From assembly GCA_038845975.1 (NCBI GenBank), contig JAWBQF010000052.1, forward strand, positions 1 through 11,492: a stretch of 11,492 nt of DNA. The letters are read 5' to 3'. The position numbers and the translations under genes are program-made. Shown here piece after piece: positions 7,877 through 11,492 of the stretch; positions within the stretch are counted from its first letter, which is position 1, and each line of letters opens with the position of its first letter. The notes under the pieces are model-generated. The model was not told the DNA's origin and ran no database searches. It saw nothing but the letters and a program-made list of their open reading frames with translations. The stretch comes from Candidatus Methanomethylicia archaeon. GTDB taxonomy: Archaea > Thermoproteota > Methanomethylicia > CALHIW01.

Positions 7877-9796
7877 TTACATTTTGACATATTCTAACTT
7901 ATATATTTTAGCACTTCCATTAAAAACTATTTTAAGAAGTGATTCACTACTTAAAAGTTTAATTAAATCTTCAATTTCTCTTCTTGTCTCACTATAGCTT
8001 GATGGAACCCAATGTCTTCCTTCAGGATTACTTCCAAGAAATATATAGGAAACATTATACTTAGATAGGGTAGCGTATACACTCATGGCTTTAGTGAGGT
8101 TTGTTTTCTCCTGAACAGTTAAAAGCTCATTGAACATTTGCCAATCATTAAAACTATAAATCTTCCAAAAGCTTCTCGGTGGAATAATAATCATATCGTT
8201 TCTTACAAAGTATGGAAGCCACCCACACGAAAAATCTGTTAGAATAACGCCGTTTGGTAAGTTATTGAAAAGCTGATAGCTTGAAACATCTTCATGTACA
8301 TACCATAAACTATTAGCACCAAGATTCTTTGAGGATTCTATTACTTGATAGGGAAGGCACCGCCATGAAAAATCTGTAGTGGATGGTAGAAATGAGAGTA
8401 TAATAAGCAACACTATATAGAATAGTACTGAATATCGTACTCTTAAAACTAGTTTTACTCTAGTTCTAGAAGATAGGGATGAAATAATTGTTGTAAATAC
8501 TCCTATGTAGAATATAATTTTCGGCGTAAAGTATACGAATACGCCTATAAGTATTGATAGAGGTATTGAGAGCTGTCTTAGAATCCTAAATGAAAACGGA
8601 GTCCACGGAAATTCAATGATAGCTACTTGAGATATAAGTACGGAATATATAATTATAAGCTCCCTACGTCTAGCAATAAAGGGAAGAATCACTGTTGAAA
8701 CTATTCCAGAATATAGAAGTACATCACCAAGAAAAGCTTCAAAATCCCGTGGAAAACTAGGCTTATCATCAGCTCCAACAGGCAACATTGATTCACCGCC
8801 AGTAAGACTTGCGACAACATTGGTAATGTATGTAGCTGAGGCTGGAATTGATAGTAGAATAGCTATAGAAAATATTGTAAGAACACCTAATACTAGCTTA
8901 GTATCTTTTGATTGAGATATTAAAGGTATAGCTAATATGAAGACCATAGAAATCAGGGATAGAAGTAGAAGTAAGGATGTAGCATGAATATAGAGGGAGG
9001 ATGCAAATAAAATGCTAGTATAAGCTATGCTTTTAACTGATTTATCTCTAAAGAATTCAAGCAACTTAATAAATCCAAGCATTGAAACAGCATATCCGAA
9101 AAGCTCTGGAATGGAGCCATCAGCAAGAGTTTGAAAGGGCTGAACTGTTAGAAAAGTTAAAGTGAAAAATGATAAAACACCTGCTTGTAAGCCAAATATT
9201 TTCCTAACAAATATATATACTTCAAGAGCAATTAAGACCAATATGAATGGAGTTATAAGCATAAATACTGATGGAGATGGTAAATTTGTTACTACGACAT
9301 TAGCAGCCATCATGAAGTGGAATGTTTTAGGATATATTGAGGGGGGAATGGCTACACCATCAATTATGTTTCTAATATCTCTACAGTGAAATATAGAATC
9401 TTGGCCGAAGGGCATAGATGAATTAAGCATAATGTATGGTAAATAATATCGAAACATGGCTAAAAGCATTAGAAACAAGGTAAGTATGTATTCCCAGCTA
9501 AATATAGGTTTCTTAGACTTATCCTTCAATAAATAGTATATGCTAACTATAGTTGTAACGGTAAGAGTTAAGTATAAACTTATTATCCAACTTAACCCTA
9601 GGTAGGAGGTTAGAATTAAAGGGGGAATTGAGGTAATAATCATACTTAATATAATCGATGATGTTAAACGTAGAGTGAAATCACTCTCTGGAAAAACTTT
9701 ACGTGAAAACATGTAGCCAGGTAGAAAGTTTATAATAGTAATACCGAAGATAACTCTTAGTAGCTCAATAAGAGTCATAATGCTCAGCACAGCCAA
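7877..9796 (-). CDS. Polytopic membrane protein, probable GT-C-fold glycosyltransferase (DUF1616-like N-terminus)
   Basis: 639 aa from a TTG start (alternative ATG at 9778). About 13-15 hydrophobic segments; N-terminal NFLPGY motif; first external loop PFGQDSIFH...YPKTFH with the acidic residue typical of GT-C enzymes; STT3-like soluble C-terminal domain (VILTDFSCGWL...KYNVSYIFLG...KIYKL). Starts 5 bp after the GT4 stop. Confidence 0.68.
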   Translation of the reverse strand: MAVLSIMTLIELLRVIFGITIINFLPGYMFSRKVFPESDFTLRLTSSIILSMIITSIPPLILTSYLGLSWIISLYLTLTVTTIVSIYYLLKDKSKKPIFSWEYILTLFLMLLAMFRYYLPYIMLNSSMPFGQDSIFHCRDIRNIIDGVAIPPSIYPKTFHFMMAANVVVTNLPSPSVFMLITPFILVLIALEVYIFVRKIFGLQAGVLSFFTLTFLTVQPFQTLADGSIPELFGYAVSMLGFIKLLEFFRDKSVKSIAYTSILFASSLYIHATSLLLLLSLISMVFILAIPLISQSKDTKLVLGVLTIFSIAILLSIPASATYITNVVASLTGGESMLPVGADDKPSFPRDFEAFLGDVLLYSGIVSTVILPFIARRRELIIIYSVLISQVAIIEFPWTPFSFRILRQLSIPLSILIGVFVYFTPKIIFYIGVFTTIISSLSSRTRVKLVLRVRYSVLFYIVLLIILSFLPSTTDFSWRCLPYQVIESSKNLGANSLWYVHEDVSSYQLFNNLPNGVILTDFSCGWLPYFVRNDMIIIPPRSFWKIYSFNDWQMFNELLTVQEKTNLTKAMSVYATLSKYNVSYIFLGSNPEGRHWVPSSYSETRREIEDLIKLLSSESLLKIVFNGSAKIYKLEYVKM

Positions 9797-9801
9797 TATC
9801 T

Positions 9802-10944
9802 CTAGCCTACACTAATATTTTTCCAAATATTAACCATTTGCTCAGCTGCTTTATTCCAAGTGAAGTATTTTTCCACGTTTCTACGTGCTTTCTCACCTAG
9901 CTTCCTTCTCTTTTCATCATCTGTTAAGAGCTCTATTATTCTCTCCTTAAGCTCTCTTTTATCCTTTACTAGAAGCTCCTCCAATCCAAGTTTCTCCATA
10001 ACCTCCCTACATGCAGGTATATCCTTAACTATTGACGGTGTACCACAGGCAGCAGCTTCAACTATTGTTAATCCGAAACCTTCAAAATCTGAGAATAGAA
10101 TATTTATAAGTGACTTCTTAAATTGTTTTGCAACTTCACGATTGTCGGGTATAAATCCTAAGAATTTACATCCAGCCTTTAGTGCTTTATCTCTTATTTG
10201 CTTGTAAAGTGGGTATCCCTCATAGGATCCTATTATAGTTAATGGTGGAATATTTTTATATGTTTCTTTAAGTTCACTATAAACATCTATTATATGATGA
10301 ACACCTTTATATGGTATAAGTCTTGATACGACTATTATTTGGTTTCTATTCTGCTGAGGTATACTGTCAAAGAGCTCCAGATCAACACCATTATAAATCA
10401 CATAAATTTTATTTCTTGGATAGCCAAACCATATAAGTTTTCTTTTTACTGTTTGTGTTGGCACGAATATAGCGTTAAAACTTAGAGTTGAGTTTAAACG
10501 TTCTGAGGCTATGCATGCCAATGCTGCATGTAAAGGTAAGTTTGTTTTTGCCACATCCATTGTAAAGAGGTCGTCAACCATCAAAGTTACAGGAATGCTA
10601 TTAAGTTTACCTATAATATAGGTTGGGGCCGCTGGTATAAATAAAGCTGTATTTAGAATGTCAAATTTGAGAAGAGATGGAATATTTATTATAAGATCCT
10701 TAATGTAGAATATTCTGCGTGTATAGTGGTATATGTCTGTGTGAACTCCAAGCCTATGAATATGAATTCCATCTACTAAGCCTCTTAAGCCATTTCTATG
10801 TTCATGACAATAAACGTGAACCTCATGCCCCATCTTAACTAAAGCTTTAGATAACTCATAATATTTCCTTTCTCCACCTCCTGCTTGATGTATTCCTCCA
10901 GATCTACCCTGAACAAAAAACTCAACTAGAAAAGCTATCTTCAT
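9802..10944 (-). CDS. Glycosyltransferase family 4 (GT-B, RfaB-like)
   Basis: N-terminal MKIAFL...GGGERKYYELSKALVKMGHEVHV, VIYNGVD, SRLIPYKG, the EX7E motif EGFGLTIVEAAACGTP, and C-terminal FTWNKAAE. ATG at 10944 is preferred over the track's TTG at 10947. Confidence 0.95.
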   Translation of the reverse strand: MKIAFLVEFFVQGRSGGIHQAGGGERKYYELSKALVKMGHEVHVYCHEHRNGLRGLVDGIHIHRLGVHTDIYHYTRRIFYIKDLIINIPSLLKFDILNTALFIPAAPTYIIGKLNSIPVTLMVDDLFTMDVAKTNLPLHAALACIASERLNSTLSFNAIFVPTQTVKRKLIWFGYPRNKIYVIYNGVDLELFDSIPQQNRNQIIVVSRLIPYKGVHHIIDVYSELKETYKNIPPLTIIGSYEGYPLYKQIRDKALKAGCKFLGFIPDNREVAKQFKKSLINILFSDFEGFGLTIVEAAACGTPSIVKDIPACREVMEKLGLEELLVKDKRELKERIIELLTDDEKRRKLGEKARRNVEKYFTWNKAAEQMVNIWKNISVG

Positions 10945-10965
10945 CAATAAATACTATGTCTACAT

Positions 10966-10982
10966 AATATAAATCTTTATCG
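10966..10982 (-). promoter_or_regulatory. Putative BRE/TATA promoter of the glycosylation operon
   Basis: Minus strand reads CGATAAAGA-TTTATATT; the TATA box is 22-29 nt upstream of ATG 10944 (leaderless geometry). Confidence 0.6.
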
Positions 10983-11211
10983 TTCAGAGAGGAGAATAGA
11001 TCATAACTAAATTTAAAACTTAGACATAGTAACTTACGATGTATAGTCTAGTATGTTAAGTTACTAACTTAAAGCTCTCATTATACTTCCAACACTCTGT
11101 AAACTTAAATGCAAAATATATATGATAACTTAGGTTTACAAGATTATGCTTCTACTCAACTAATCTAAATACTACTCTGCAGAATTTAATAAATAGGATA
11201 GTTTAGTTAGG

Positions 11212-11219
11212 TTTAAATA
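11212..11219 (+). promoter_or_regulatory. Putative TATA box for the coiled-coil gene
   Basis: TTTAAATA lies 23-30 nt upstream of GTG 11242. Confidence 0.55.
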
Positions 11220-11241
11220 CATTGATGTTAGTAGTTTAATT

Positions 11242-11492
11242 GTGAGGAGAGATATTGTTACTGAGCTTCTTGAAGAGGAATGGGAGAAGAGGAGACGTAA
11301 AGTTATTGAGACAAGAATGATTGAAACTGAAGACATAATGATATTATCAATAGTAAGATTAAACCATGAAGTAATGGAGATAATGAGTAATATGGCTACA
11401 AAAGACGACTTAAAGGGTATGGCGACTAAAGAAGATATAAAGAATATGGCTACAAAAGACGACTTAAAGGGTATGGCGACTAAAGAAGATAT
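11242..11492 (+). CDS. Coiled-coil protein with MATK[DE]D nonad (beta-layer) repeats, 3'-truncated by the window edge
   Basis: Open frame from GTG 11242 to the end of the window (upstream in-frame TAG at 11194): MRRDIVTELLEEEWEKRRRKVIETRMIETEDIMILSIVRLNHEVMEIMSN-MATKDDLKG-MATKEDIKN-MATKDDLKG-MATKED... Not in the ORF track, presumably because no stop codon falls in the window. Confidence 0.85.
   Translation, partial: MRRDIVTELLEEEWEKRRRKVIETRMIETEDIMILSIVRLNHEVMEIMSNMATKDDLKGMATKEDIKNMATKDDLKGMATKED
11389..11492 (+). repeat. Coding tandem repeat, exact 54-bp unit made of two diverged 27-bp subunits
   Basis: AATATGGCTACAAAAGACGACTTAAAGGGTATGGCGACTAAAGAAGATATAAAG at 11389-11442 is repeated identically from 11443 to the window end (50 bp visible). 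Confidence 0.95.

Noticed and set aside
9162-9389. 75-aa plus-strand ORF
   Set aside because: Antisense shadow of the 639-aa gene.
7877-9796. Calling this gene aglB/stt3
   Set aside because: The diagnostic WWDYG motif is absent.
9860-10207. 115-aa plus-strand ORF
   Set aside because: Antisense shadow of GT4; its Ser/Leu/Phe richness mirrors Glu/Lys/Arg codons on the real strand.
11389-11492. CRISPR array
   Set aside because: Units are contiguous, in-frame multiples of 3 with no unique spacers; it is a coding tandem repeat.

Overview
AT-rich, apparently archaeal window; BRE/TATA boxes sit about 23-30 nt upstream of start codons, as in leaderless genes. It looks like a cell-surface glycosylation island. 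The minus strand carries a four-gene cluster: a GT4 glycosyltransferase (9802-10944), a 639-aa GT-C-like polytopic membrane protein, a 496-aa membrane-anchored sequon-rich exported protein, and a 1006-aa AftD/DUF3367-like GT-C protein with beta-sandwich modules. An FkbM-family methyltransferase (711-1502) lies further downstream. Between them are two IS6-family relics largely missed by the ORF track. One is an 832-bp element (1550-2381) with perfect 16-bp TIRs and an 8-bp TSD but a shattered transposase. The other is an older, oppositely oriented transposase remnant (about 2436-2930). The window ends in a plus-strand gene absent from the ORF track (11242->11492) with MATK[DE]D nonad (beta-layer coiled-coil) repeats encoded by an exact 54-bp tandem repeat. 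Non-coding DNA at 1-630 is unusually rich in perfect palindromes, and the GT4 promoter is bracketed by an 11-bp inverted repeat. Family calls rest on motifs recognised by eye; no searches were run.
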